From Asterias rubens (Eukaryota): a stretch of DNA of 64,000 bases. The notes beneath the pieces were generated by a model. That model saw only the letters and a program-made list of their open reading frames with translations, ran no database searches and was not told where the DNA came from. Location: assembly GCF_902459465.1 (NCBI RefSeq), contig NC_047080.1, positions 5,766,001-5,830,000 on the forward strand, given 5' to 3'. A program made the position numbers and the translations under genes. Position 1 is the first letter of the stretch; each line of letters starts with the position of its first letter. Below are positions 53,313 through 64,000 of this stretch, one piece after another.

Positions 53313-56300
53313 TTATATTGTATTAGAATGAATCATTATGCCGTCTGTTGTTTCCGTTGATATTACTGATACAGAAACAACAGAGACACTTGGTTCCATC
53401 TTGGGTTCCATCGTCATGGTTGCTGACTCTGAAGATGTCACTGGAAGAGGTTGAGAAGGGATGCTACTGTCCATAGATACAGTTGCCATGGTTACAGGCC
53501 CATTGTTGACCAAAGAACCCATGATCCGAAACGATGATATTTTGGCTCTGTTGTAGGCATTGCAACAGCTGATCCCAAGATACCTAAAACAGCAAATCAT
53601 AACATGTTAAAATAGTTTTGTATGAAAAAATTAGTTGGTTTGGACTTGGTATGTTTACGAGTTTTGTTCACTGAGTCTTGTTCACCGAGTCTTATACACT
53701 GAGTTCTGCACACTGAGTTTTGTGCACCAAAAATGCATGTTACATGGCTCGGGGGTCGGGTAACATAAAAAGTTATGTACACCCGTGTACATCACCTTGA
53801 TCGTTCCCAGCATCGGTCGATTTCCAGCGCTGTGACACACCGTACACAGTGTACGAACCACCGGCGGGTTCGAGGGAACAGTGAGGAATTGTTTCTTGTT
53901 CGACTGGTTATTAAACAATGAATACTCCGTAGTAATAATGTTTGCATATGACAACAGAACTCAAGAAGAGGAATAACAAATGTTACCAAGGTATAACAAA
54001 ACAATTGTTGCATGTTGTGACTGGGGTCCATGGGTTTGCACGCCCTCGGTGGCAAATGGCACCCTTGGCTTCGTCTCGGGTGCCATTTGCCCCCTCGGGT
54101 GTACAAAACGCCATGGACCCTGTCACAGCGTGCAACAATTGTATAATGTATATGGGTAAAACCAAGATTGAAACTGCTTCTACTTAGCAGGAGTTGAAAC
54201 CAACGGTTCTTTTCAGAACCACCCCAACTCATTAGAGATAGTCATTTCATGGTGTTACCACAAACCTTTCTGTTTTGCTTCCACTTACTTTAAGAAGATC
54301 ATTTCCAGGAGAATACAAGCTCCAATTGAGATGATACTAGCTGCATTAGATGGGTTTCTCTGGATGACTAGATACACTAATGCCGGACTAGCAGCCATTA
54401 GACAAATAGATGTTGCTGTAAACAATCCATGCTTCAACTGAAACCCTCTCAAGAAACACATGGAACCTGTCTTCAACTGGTACTGTTAAACAAAAACAAT
54501 TCAATCACTTGTTACATTACCAAGAAGTCCAGACCATGGTGGCCATAATTATATTGAAGTCTTATATAGCGCATGTATCTGCCAAACAAGGTACTCAAGG
54601 CGCTGAGTATATACAAACTTTCAGAAAGATAGGTTATTGAATTCTGAGAACCAATTATGTAGCACCTTATAAGGGTTTACAAGGTGCTCAGGCGCATAGA
54701 GGCAGCCACAGCCAGGAACGCCAAGGCGAAACCCCTTCTCTTTTCGATAAGTGTACTGGGTCCTTTTACATGCGTTACACAACACATGGGACCAACAGCT
54801 TTACGTCCCATCTGAAGGATGAAGCAATGGTTAGTGTCTTGCTTTAAGGACACAAGTGTCACAGCTGGGGATTCAAACCCACACTCTGTTGATCAGATAC
54901 ACCGGAGTTTGAATTCGATGCTCAGCCACAACACTTCCACAGCCATAACTGTCAGTACCTTTATACATTTACTCTGATTTCACAACTATACAAGGGCAAC
55001 AACAGCAATGAGGTCCGCGTACATTACCCTATCAAGCATTGTAATTGGGGTGAACAATTTATGTTTGAATCTTTATGAATAACTCAACAATAACAATTCA
55101 AAATTAAGTTAGAAAATGCCTTGTGGTTTTTCCACTGGTGCATGTGGTCTCCCTTTCCCAATGCTTTGTAGCTACACAGCTTTTGTCTTAGCCACAAAGG
55201 CCTTGAGAAAAGGCTAGTTCAATGCCTGAATTCTCCAATACTTACCTGTGATTTGCAAACTGTGCAATGTAAAGCTTCTGGATTATCGGCAGACTAAGGA
55301 GAAAACAAAATAGATGTTTTAGCTTTAAAGCCATTATACACTTTCAGGAAAAAAAAATAAAAAAGTTCACACATTTACAAATAACTTACAGGGTTTACAG
55401 AAGGTAATGGTAAAAGACTTCTCTTGAAATATTATTCCATGAAATGCTTTACTTTTTGAGAAAACATTAAAACAATTATCGATTCTCGATAGCGAGTATT
55501 ACGGATTTATTGTAAACACATGTCATGACACTGCGAAACATGCGGAAAAAGAGTGGGTTTTCCCGTTATTTTCTCCCGACTCCGATGACCGATTGAGCCT
55601 AAATTTTCACAGGTTTGTTAATTTATATATAAGTTGTGATACACGAAGTGTGGGACTTGGACAATACTGTTTACCGAAAGTGTATAATGGCTTTAAGGAT
55701 TTAGGTACTTTTAAAAATGTCCATAGATTTACAGTAAACTTACAGGGTTTGAAGATAATGATAGTGGAAAGCTTCCCTTTAAATATTACTTACTGAGGTG
55801 CTGTAGTTTTTGAGAAATGAGTAAAACAATGTCATGAAAATACGTTTGTAAATGCTTATCATTTTCGTCTCATGAGACGAAAATTATTTTCATGACATTG
55901 TTTTACTCATTTCCCCAAAACTACAGCACCTCAGCACGTAATATTTTCAGGGAAGCTTTCTACTATCATTATCTTCAAACTGTGTAAGTTTAGTGTAAAT
56001 CTGTGGACATTGTGTTTCAAAACCATGAATGAAAAGAAATGAAACAAAACAATGTATGAGACTATCTAATGATTTACAGTTTATACATTTATTACTTGTA
56101 AATCTACTTATCATATATGTTTGTTTAATTGTTAGTTTGTCTGTTTAGATGATCTTCCCGTCGAGGGAACTCTCCCCACAACTACAAGGGGATAAAGGGT
56201 CTATGTAACTTTTGTAGGTCAAAAAACACAATGTCCACAGACTTACACTAAACTTACACAGTTTGAAGATAATGATAGTAGAAAGCTTCCTTGAAAATAT

Positions 56301-59300
56301 TACGTGCTGAGGTGCTGTAGTTTTGGGGAAATGAGTAAAACAATGTCATGAAAATAATTTTCGTCTCATAAGACGAAAATTATTTTAATCATTTACAAAC
56401 GTATTTCCATGACATTATTTTACGCATTTCTCAAAAACTACAGCACCTTAGTAAGTAATATTTGAAGGGAAGCTTTCCACTCTCATTATCTTCAAACCCT
56501 GTAAGTTTAATGTAAATCTATGGACAGTTTGAAAAAGTACCCAAATCCTTTAAACACCATGGTTGGAGCAGCCAATCTCTCTCATACAAACATTGGTTTA
56601 AAGGAACATTGGTTTAAAGTCTATGATTGCCAGTTGCACAAATCAAGATAGGGTGATTCAGTAACTAGGCGACAATACTTATTCCATTCTAATCATTGGG
56701 AAATCAGTAGACAGATCGGCTGGATTCAAACCCACAACCTTGTGATTGCAAGTCCTGCAGTCTAACCATTGGACCATATAAAACCTGGAATGTTTTTTGA
56801 AACCTCATTCTATCTTACCTCCATTAACCATCTCTTAAGGCAGTCATGATGAACATAAGCTACGTCCCCTTTAAATTGACATGGTTGTATCATAGGCTGG
56901 ATTCAAACCCACAACCTTGTGATGTAAGTTCTGCAGTCTAACCACTGGACCATCTAAAACCTGGAATGTTTTTGGAAACCTCCTTCTATCTTACCTCCAT
57001 TAACCATCTCTTAAGGCAGTCATGATGAACATAAGCTACATCCCCTTTACATTGACATGGTTGTATCATAGGCTGGATTCGAACCCACAACCTTGTGATT
57101 GCAAGTCCTGCAGTCTAACCACTGGACTATCTAAAACCTGGAATGTTTTTAGAAACCTCCTTCCATCTTACCTCCATTAACCATCTCTTAAGGCATTCAT
57201 GATGAACATAAGCTACATCCCCTTTACATTGACATGGTTGTATCATAGGATGGATTCAAACCCACAACCTTGTGATTGTAAGTCCTGCAGTCTAACCACT
57301 GGACCATCTAAAACCTGGAATGTTTTTTTGAAACCTCCTTCCATCTTACCTCCATTAACCATCTATTAAGGCATTCATGATGAACATAAGCTACATCCCC
57401 TTTACATTGACATGGTTGTATCACAGGATGGATTCAAACCCACAACCTTGTGATTGTAAGTCCTGCAGTCTAACCACTGGACCATCTAAAACCTGGAATG
57501 TTTTTTTGAAACCTCCTTCCATCTTACCTCCATTAACCATCTATTAAGGCAGTCATGATGAACATAAGCTACATCCCCTTTACATTGACATGGTTGTATC
57601 ATAGGCTAGATTCGAACCCACAACTTTGTGATTGCAAGTCCTGCAGTCTAACCACTGGACCATCTACAACCTGGAATGTTTTTTGAAACCTCCTTCCATC
57701 TTACCTCCATATGGTACTCTTAAGACAGTCATGATGAACGTAAGCTACATCCCCTTTACATTGACATGGTTGTATCATAGGCTAGATTCGAACCCACAAC
57801 CTTGTGATTGTAAGTCCTGCAGTCTAACCACTGGACCATCTAAAACCTGGAATGTTTTTTAGAAACCTCCTTCCATCTTACCTCCATTAACCATCTCTTA
57901 AGACAGTCATGATGAACATAAGCTACATCCCCTTTACATTGACATGGTTGTATCATAGGTCCTGAATCAGTTCGATGGGGGTCATAACAAATCCAACACT
58001 CAACCTCTGTGAACAAAAATAGATCATGGTCAGTATCATTATTCGAATGATTTGAACTGCCTCTAGCTACTGGGCAATCTCGGTAGTCTAGTCTAGTCTT
58101 TATTAATTTCACAGGCAAAAATTCAAGCAGACAATAAGAACAGTAAGAAAACAAAAGCAAGAACATATAATACAATAACAAAAAAAGCAGCACCCCTGAA
58201 GGATTTAAAAAAAGTAAACTAAATTACTATCGAGTTAATCTCCTGATGCCACAATTTACAAAGAGACAAAAAGGGACATTACAGAGTGACATTATTAAAA
58301 CATGGCATACAGTATAAAAATATAGAACTATACAAGAATTGCAAGGGCCGTGGGTTAGAATCCCACCCGAGTAATATGCAGGTGATTTTTTTCACAGAAC
58401 TTGGATAAGTACCGAGTATACAGTGCAAACAGACATCGGTGTATATGGGTAAAAACCAAAATGAATATTGTTTATCCCCGATGCAAATTTAACATCTATT
58501 AAATCATTATTCATCTTATCACAGCATACAAAAGAAAGATAACGTTTTCCTTTGTGCCAGTAACTCCTCCAGTCGGGCTACGTCCCACAGCCTTAGATCT
58601 CAAGGGTCTTTTTCAGGATCCTTGCTGTTCCAAAAAGCATAGCCTTCTGTAACAGATCTGATTAATAATAATATTCTGGTAATGAAACCAAGGATGCCTC
58701 ATAAGTGAACTTAATCTCTGTACATGTAGCTCAAAAAGCCTGAGGAAACCTATAAACAAGGGTGCTTGCTATGTTAACCAGAAACACCGGGCTTAGCCCC
58801 TACTCTTTAATGATAAGTGTTGTGGGTTCTTTAACATGCACTATGAATCCTAGTACAGGGGACCTACGGCTTAATGTTCCATCCGAAGGATAAAGCGATT
58901 ATAGTAAAGTTTCTTGCTCTAAGAAGTGCCACAACCAGGCCTCGGACCCACACTCTGCTGATCAGAAACACCAGAGTTTTTGTCTTATGCTCTTTACTGC
59001 GTAGCCTAGACACGCCATAAAATAGCTGCAGTTATTGTGTGCTTAGAGAAATTCAGTTTACTCTGATGAACAATAAGGTGCCTTGTATATCATTGTCGTC
59101 TTCTGTTTAGGGAGACTAGGTTATACTTTGAACATCAATCTCAATCCATAATGGGGTCACTGACCTTTCTCTACTCTGGCTCTATCTGAAGTAGAGTCGT
59201 AGGTCGGAGCACGTTTACGACATAACAACCAATCTTCCTCCTTCTTTATACCCTATAAGAAAATTCAAAAGGAAAAACAACAAATTTCTAAATGTGATTA

Positions 59301-62300
59301 ATTTCTAATCACAAAGCCTTTGTGACTTTATTATGTGCAAAATGAATTTGGCTATGGAGGTCACAAACTTTATCACTTTTTAGATTAGATTAGATTATAT
59401 TAGATTGATTTATTAATCATGTAAAAATGAAAACTGTTTTCCCCAGTCATAAAAAACACTCATTGAAAATACATTTTCACTTGGTGTCCATTACCAAATT
59501 TCCAATGTGAAGCAATCCGTCAGAAATTAAAGTAAAAGATCATTGTAGCAAAATATAATTTTAGTTCAATTATTTATTTAGGAGACTGACTATGACTAGA
59601 GCAAGCTAGTCGAAATGTTGAGACCAATTAAAGAACTCATTCCGTGGTAGTGCAGTTAATAACGATCGTATAAAAGCTATAGTCGTAGTATACCTTCCAC
59701 CCAGGTGGTAGTTAAAAAGCAGGTCAGTTCTTTTCAGAACTGAGAAGTCTCCCGAATAATACGATAAATCTACTCCGCGGTAGTAGAATATATAGCAAGA
59801 CAGTTATCTAAAAAACAAACTCTACCTGACAAGTAGACACACATGGTGTTACCGCAAACCAAATATATATTGATACCTCACCCCGCAAAAATTGTTCACC
59901 TGTGATTTTTCTTCATCTCTCGTCTGTCTGAATAATCTTGTAGGATTCAACATCCATAATGATCCTGGACTTCTGCACCTCCATAAGACACATGGAAACC
60001 AGAGAGCAAGACCCACTTCAATGATGCGGAAGAACACATCATGCACGTTCTTCTTGAAAATTGAGAGGCTAAAGTAAATCAAGAAAAGGTTGAAAATGTA
60101 AGAGATTCAAGCAATGGGAAACTTTCAGACGGTTCTTTTTCACAATATTGCCATGCTCAGGCCTGCGCGCAATACTGAGCATACACGCGCACGCTCAGAG
60201 CCACAAAAAAGGACCGTTACGTTATGCAGCCAGTGTCTCAAAAGTCTCCTATTGGACAAATTATATAATAATTTTAAATCATTCATAAATGATGAGTAGT
60301 GGACATTCTTTATACATGTACAGGCATGTGAGTAACTATACATGAAAAACAAAGAGGAAAAAAAGAAAACCGGGCAAGAAAAAAAGAGGAAAAAATAATA
60401 TTCCTGTACTTTAAAGCCATTGGACCCTTTCGGTAAACAGTGTTGTCCAAGGCCCACACTTTGTGTACCACAACTTCTATATCAAATAACAAACCTGTGA
60501 AAATTTAGGCTCAATCGGTCATCGGAGTTGGGAGAAAACAACGGAAAAACCCACCCTTGTTTCCGCGCGTTTCGCCGTGTCATGACATGTGTTTAAAATA
60601 AATCCGTAATTCTTGTTAACGAGAATTTATATTGTTTTGCTGTTTTCTCAAAAAATAAAGCATTTCATGGAATAATATTTCAAGAGAAGTCTTTCACCAT
60701 TGCCTTCTGTAAACCCTGTAAGTTATTTGTAAATCTGTGAACTTTTTTTTTTTTTCTGAACCGAAAGGGTCCAATGGCTTTAATAAACAGAAAGTGAAGA
60801 GAAAAAAAAGAAGGAAAATCAAAACCCAAAAAGTGGAAATCAGGTGAAAAGAGCAAGTCTCACATACCTGCTTATATTGGAAAAGGCAAAAGGAAAACTA
60901 GATATAAAGGAATATATGCGAAGCATGCTAACTTTTGTCATTCTAGTCGGTCGCGCGATGGAGATCTCGACGAGCGACACAATTTTTACCGTCATCGCTG
61001 AGGCCTAAAAACTGTGGATTTTCTTGATCGCGCATCAAAATTTCCATCACACGACCATCGCCCGACCATCGTGCGATCGACTATAAACCGGCCTTAACGG
61101 GAAACGAAACATTCACAGTTTTATTGAAAATACTCAAGTGATAAAATAAAACTAACCTTTCTTTCCACTGTGGTTCGGTTACGTTAAACATCAAAAATAA
61201 AACCATAGCAATCTGTAAGAGCCCTTGGAACAGCATCCCGATGCGTGATTGATGCATGACGCTTATATCCAATGATTGATCATTGGATAAGCTAGTAGAT
61301 TCACTGTCAATACGATCAATAGAATTACCACTCGATGGACTGTGGGCTGGATTAGCAGACTGACTGGAAGAACGCTCAATAGTTGTAAATGCTCCTTTAA
61401 TCTGAAAATTAAAGAATCCCATCGTTTTAATAAAAATAATATTCGGTTTTCATACAGTGCTTTAGACACCATGTCTCAAAGCGCTGCCAACATTATTACC
61501 CCTGGTCACTGGGCCATTTCATTCCTTAAACCATCTCAGCTTCCTGGAGAGTATACAGCCTGTGCCGCCAAATATGTAGCACACTAAGCTAAACCAACAA
61601 CAACAACCATATCTGCCCTCACAGGTACCCATTTACCCCTGGTTGGAGAGAAGCAACTGTAGTAAAGTGTCTTGCTCAGGGATACAAGTGTAATGACCGG
61701 GATTCGAACCCACACTCTGCTAAACAGAAAGACCAGAGCTTGAGTTTGGTGCTGTTATCCGCTCAGCCATGACAACCCAATTTTAATTAAAAGAGTCAAT
61801 GAAACAGGTTCTTTTCAATATACATTGTACATGCTCTCTTTAAAAAAGCAAACCTTTTGTTTCTCAATAAAATAGTATGGATCATGAAACAAGTTTAAGT
61901 CAACTACCTTGAAAAATACTTCGACTCCATACACAAGAAAGAAGAACACCTCTATGGTCATAAGTCCAGCGTAGCAACCATTAAAGATGTTTCTAAGAAG
62001 ATTGTAATCCAATGAGGACGTTTCCATGGTGACAAACTCGGCAAACAATAACATGTACAGAAGAATATTGAAGAGTAGGAAAAACAGGTAACTTTTACTC
62101 AAGAAGCCCGGATTGTTGTGTTGTTTACCAGAGACGTGGAATGCCTGCAAGACAAGATCAAAGGTCAAAACGTCAGGTTTATTAACAATATTTGCAGGTT
62201 CTTTGATGGTCAGGATATTGGTGAGCTTTGCTGTAGCAACTACGTAGCAAGGCATTAGAGTACAAGTAACATGATCTCCAATTCAATTTGTGCTTTAATT

Positions 62301-63190
62301 GAGCTGTGTCATCAGGATCAAAGCTTTCCTGTGGCTGTGCATTGGATTATAAATGCTCCCCCAGTTCATACATGTGTGGGTGCGCTCCCCAGAGGGAGGG
62401 TGTGACCGTGCAGTTAAGCCCAGTTCATACTTCCTGCAAATGCGAATGCGATGAGAATTTGACGTCACAACTCTCCCTTCGCTGCGATATTCACAAGAGA
62501 GTTGAGCACAACTCAACTCGCTGCGAATTTCGTTGCGAATTTGTGACGTCAACATTCGTATCGCATACGCATGAAGTAGGAACCGGGCTTAACTGGGTTA
62601 TAATTCCATGTGTCAGCCACTGGCCTGCTTTGATCATAAACAGGGCTCCTTTAAAGTGTGTTCTATTCAGATATGATTCCAACATCAGCAACAAAATTGT
62701 GTCGTTCAACAGTGGAAGTCAAGATATCATTGATTGAATGAAGAGATTAAAATAAATGTGATTTCAAAGACAAGTCTTCTCACTTGGTGTATCTCAACAT
62801 ATGCACAAGCCTGTGAAGAGAATAATGGAAGAAAAAACACCCTTGTCGCATGAAGTTGTGTGCTTTCAGATACTTGATTCAGAGACCTCAGCTGGGGCCT
62901 CAAAATCAATTCAAATATTTTAGTGAGAAATTCCTTCCTTCTCAAAAACGTCACTTCCGAGGGAACTGCTTCTCACAATGTTTTCCACTATCAACAGCCC
63001 TCCATTGTTTACCTAGTAAGTTTTGATGCTAACATTTATTTAGAGAAATTACCAATAGTGTCCAGTGCCTTCTATCTAAAGAAGAGAAACCTACCTCAGC
63101 CCAAAAACACACCACTAATGACAGGCAGGACAGCAGGAGTGGATAATACATGCTAAGCATGTTATCAGCCCAAGTATCCGGTAAATATTT
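53313..63190 (-). CDS. Multi-pass membrane protein with RING-CH (C4HC3) E3-ligase domain and two C-terminal TM helices (MARCH-like); 5' exons lie beyond the window
   Basis: Exons on the minus strand: 63095-63190 (KYLP...VVCFWAE), 61908-62144, 61157-61401, 59882-60068, 59165-59252, 57882-58006 (VECWICYD...PCQCKGDVAYVHHDCLKRWLME), 55246-55293 (SADNPEALHCTVCKSQ), 54289-54482 (2 TM), 53313-53583. The sum is 1491 nt = 497 codons, and all phases are compatible. Confidence 0.88.
55326..55696. mobile_element. MITE family C (TTAA-AGCCATT...AATGGCT-TTAA)
   Basis: TIR aaagccattatacactttc / gaaagtgtataatggcttt; a second copy at ~60413-60781 has the ccattggaccctttcgg TIR variant. Confidence 0.85.
56195..56553. 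mobile_element. MITE family B (AAAGGG/T...CCTTTAA, long internal inverted repeats containing gaagataatgatagtagaaagcttccc)
   Basis: Further copies at ~17843-18275, 27990-28315, 33317-33680, 40911-41247, 44400-44735, 51945-52293 and 55695-56020. Confidence 0.85.
56718..57959 (-). repeat. Tandem array, 7 units of 176-178 bp; each unit = tRNA-derived head + 3' half of the RING-CH exon + splice donor
   Basis: Unit starts at 56718, 56895, 57071, 57248, 57426, 57604 and 57780. The minus strand carries the A box TGGTCCAGTGG, the B box GGTT(C/T)GAATC(C/T) and CCT ATG ATA CAA CCA TGT CAA...ATG GAG|gtaag. Confidence 0.95.
58520..58665 (-). mobile_element. 3' remnant of an R4/Dong-like non-LTR retroelement
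   Basis: The minus strand gives LLQKAMLL(G)TARILKKTLEI* with one frameshift, adjacent to a (TAA)n tract; it resembles the R4-clade C-terminal LQK..LLGTA.IL motif as I recall it. Confidence 0.5.
60944..61083. mobile_element. Short MITE-like inverted-repeat element
   Basis: tagtcggtcgcgcgatgg ... ccatcgtgcgatcgacta. Confidence 0.55.
62417..62589. mobile_element. Short foldback MITE (AGCCC(A/G)GTTCATACTTC...GAAGTAGGAACCGGGCT)
   Basis: TIRs flanked by TTAA; related remnants at ~25425-25548 and ~910-1000. Confidence 0.7.
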
Positions 63191-63457
63191 CTGATAAAGA
63201 AACAACAAAAGTTTGAAGTCAAATATAACTCTAAAATGCTGGCAAGAAATTCGTAACAGATGTTTGGCAAGTTAATGGTTCTGCTTTAACTAGGGGAATT
63301 CTGGTTACTGTAGATAAGCTCCAAACTTCTACAATTAGCAGTATAAGCAAAAAATGCATTTTAATAACTTGAAGTGGGAACTAAAAATATCCATAATTAT
63401 GAATAGCTGGGCCAGATTTCACAAAAAAAGCTATTGACAGATATTTCATGTAAGTAA

Positions 63458-63764
63458 AGGCCTTTTCAAATTTCAGACTACCTCCATTTTGAACCGCGTT
63501 GAAACCTACCTGAGTCCTCTCCGGTTCAGCCTCGCCTCTGGACACGGATCAGAGATAAGCAACATTCACACTGGTCTTTACGTGAACCAAAAAAATGCAA
63601 TTTCGATCCAGATTGAGATTTTCAACCCTAGTCTCTGCCAGGGTCGATTTCAATCCAGCTAGAGCATGCTACCCGGATCGGAGGTGGATCGGAGGTGGGT
63701 TGAACAAAATCTCTGGTTCGGAACCGGTTCCGACCCCGAGATTTTGGACAATGTGAAAAGGCCT
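63458..63764. mobile_element. PIF/Harbinger-type MITE
   Basis: TIR AGGCCTTTTCA / TGAAAAGGCCT with a TAA target duplication on both sides. Confidence 0.75.
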
Positions 63765-63839
63765 TAAGAATCCAACACCTCATCTCAAGATGAACCTTAG
63801 TGCTCTGTGAAACATGAACTAATTTTCCCCGGACCCGGG

Positions 63840-64000
63840 ATGGATTTCAAAAAGAGTTAAGACTCGTCTTATCTCTAGTTACGACGAGTAACTCGTCCTA
63901 ACTTACATGTACAGTGTAGGACTAGCCATACGTTTTTTATATCTACTGGGACTAGTCCCAAGTTAGGGTCCCTGCAGGACGCAAGGATTAATCCTAACTT
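63840..64000. mobile_element. Partial MITE-like element running off the window edge
   Basis: gg.tggatttca.aaagagttaagactcgtc start with repeated gactagtcc/ctaactt motifs; the other end is not visible. Confidence 0.4.

Larger units (their letters stand above)
30075..55261. repeat. ~25-kb inverted duplication (arms ~12.75 and ~12.43 kb), axis at 42828-42831
   Basis: Mirror ORF pairs in the track (32008/53313, 33650/51766, 35239/50090, 36190/49150, 38938/46502) and direct reading. The centre reads ctagaattatttcattt-aatg-aaatgaaataattctag. Confidence 0.97.

Noticed and set aside
56718-57850. Tandem tRNA gene cluster
   Set aside because: A and B boxes are present, but I could not form an acceptor stem and the anticodon varies (TGC/TAC); treated as SINE-type heads. 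tRNAscan-SE would settle it.
62145-62255. N-terminal part of ORF 61815-62255 (MPCYVVAT...DLVLQ) as coding
   Set aside because: The phase-0 join FWAE|AFHV uses the acceptor at 62145, so the upstream part is intron read-through.

Overview
Animal genomic DNA with GT-AG introns, probably an echinoderm and most likely a sea star (my inference from the MITE/SINE families, not verified). Contents from left to right: (1) the 3' 14 exons of a Crumbs-family gene (+, 11-15636; EGF, 3 LamG, 15 EGF, TM, tail ending ERLI); (2) a complete 4-exon alpha-tubulin gene (+, 20938-24804, 451 aa); (3) a 100-N gap (29975-30074) followed directly by a ~25 kb inverted duplication (30075-55261, axis ~42829); (4) a multi-pass membrane protein gene with a RING-CH domain (-, from beyond 63190 to 53313), whose last exons are mirrored in the left arm of the palindrome. 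The most unusual structure is a 7-copy ~177-bp array at 56718-57959. Each unit fuses a tRNA-derived Pol III (SINE-type) head to the 3' half of the RING-CH exon and that exon's splice donor. Introns are dense with TTAA-type MITEs, other foldback MITEs, Deu/Nin-like and Meta-like SINEs, LINE remnants and minisatellites. The palindrome may be an assembly artefact that joins two haplotypes. All coordinates were read by eye; repeat boundaries are approximate.
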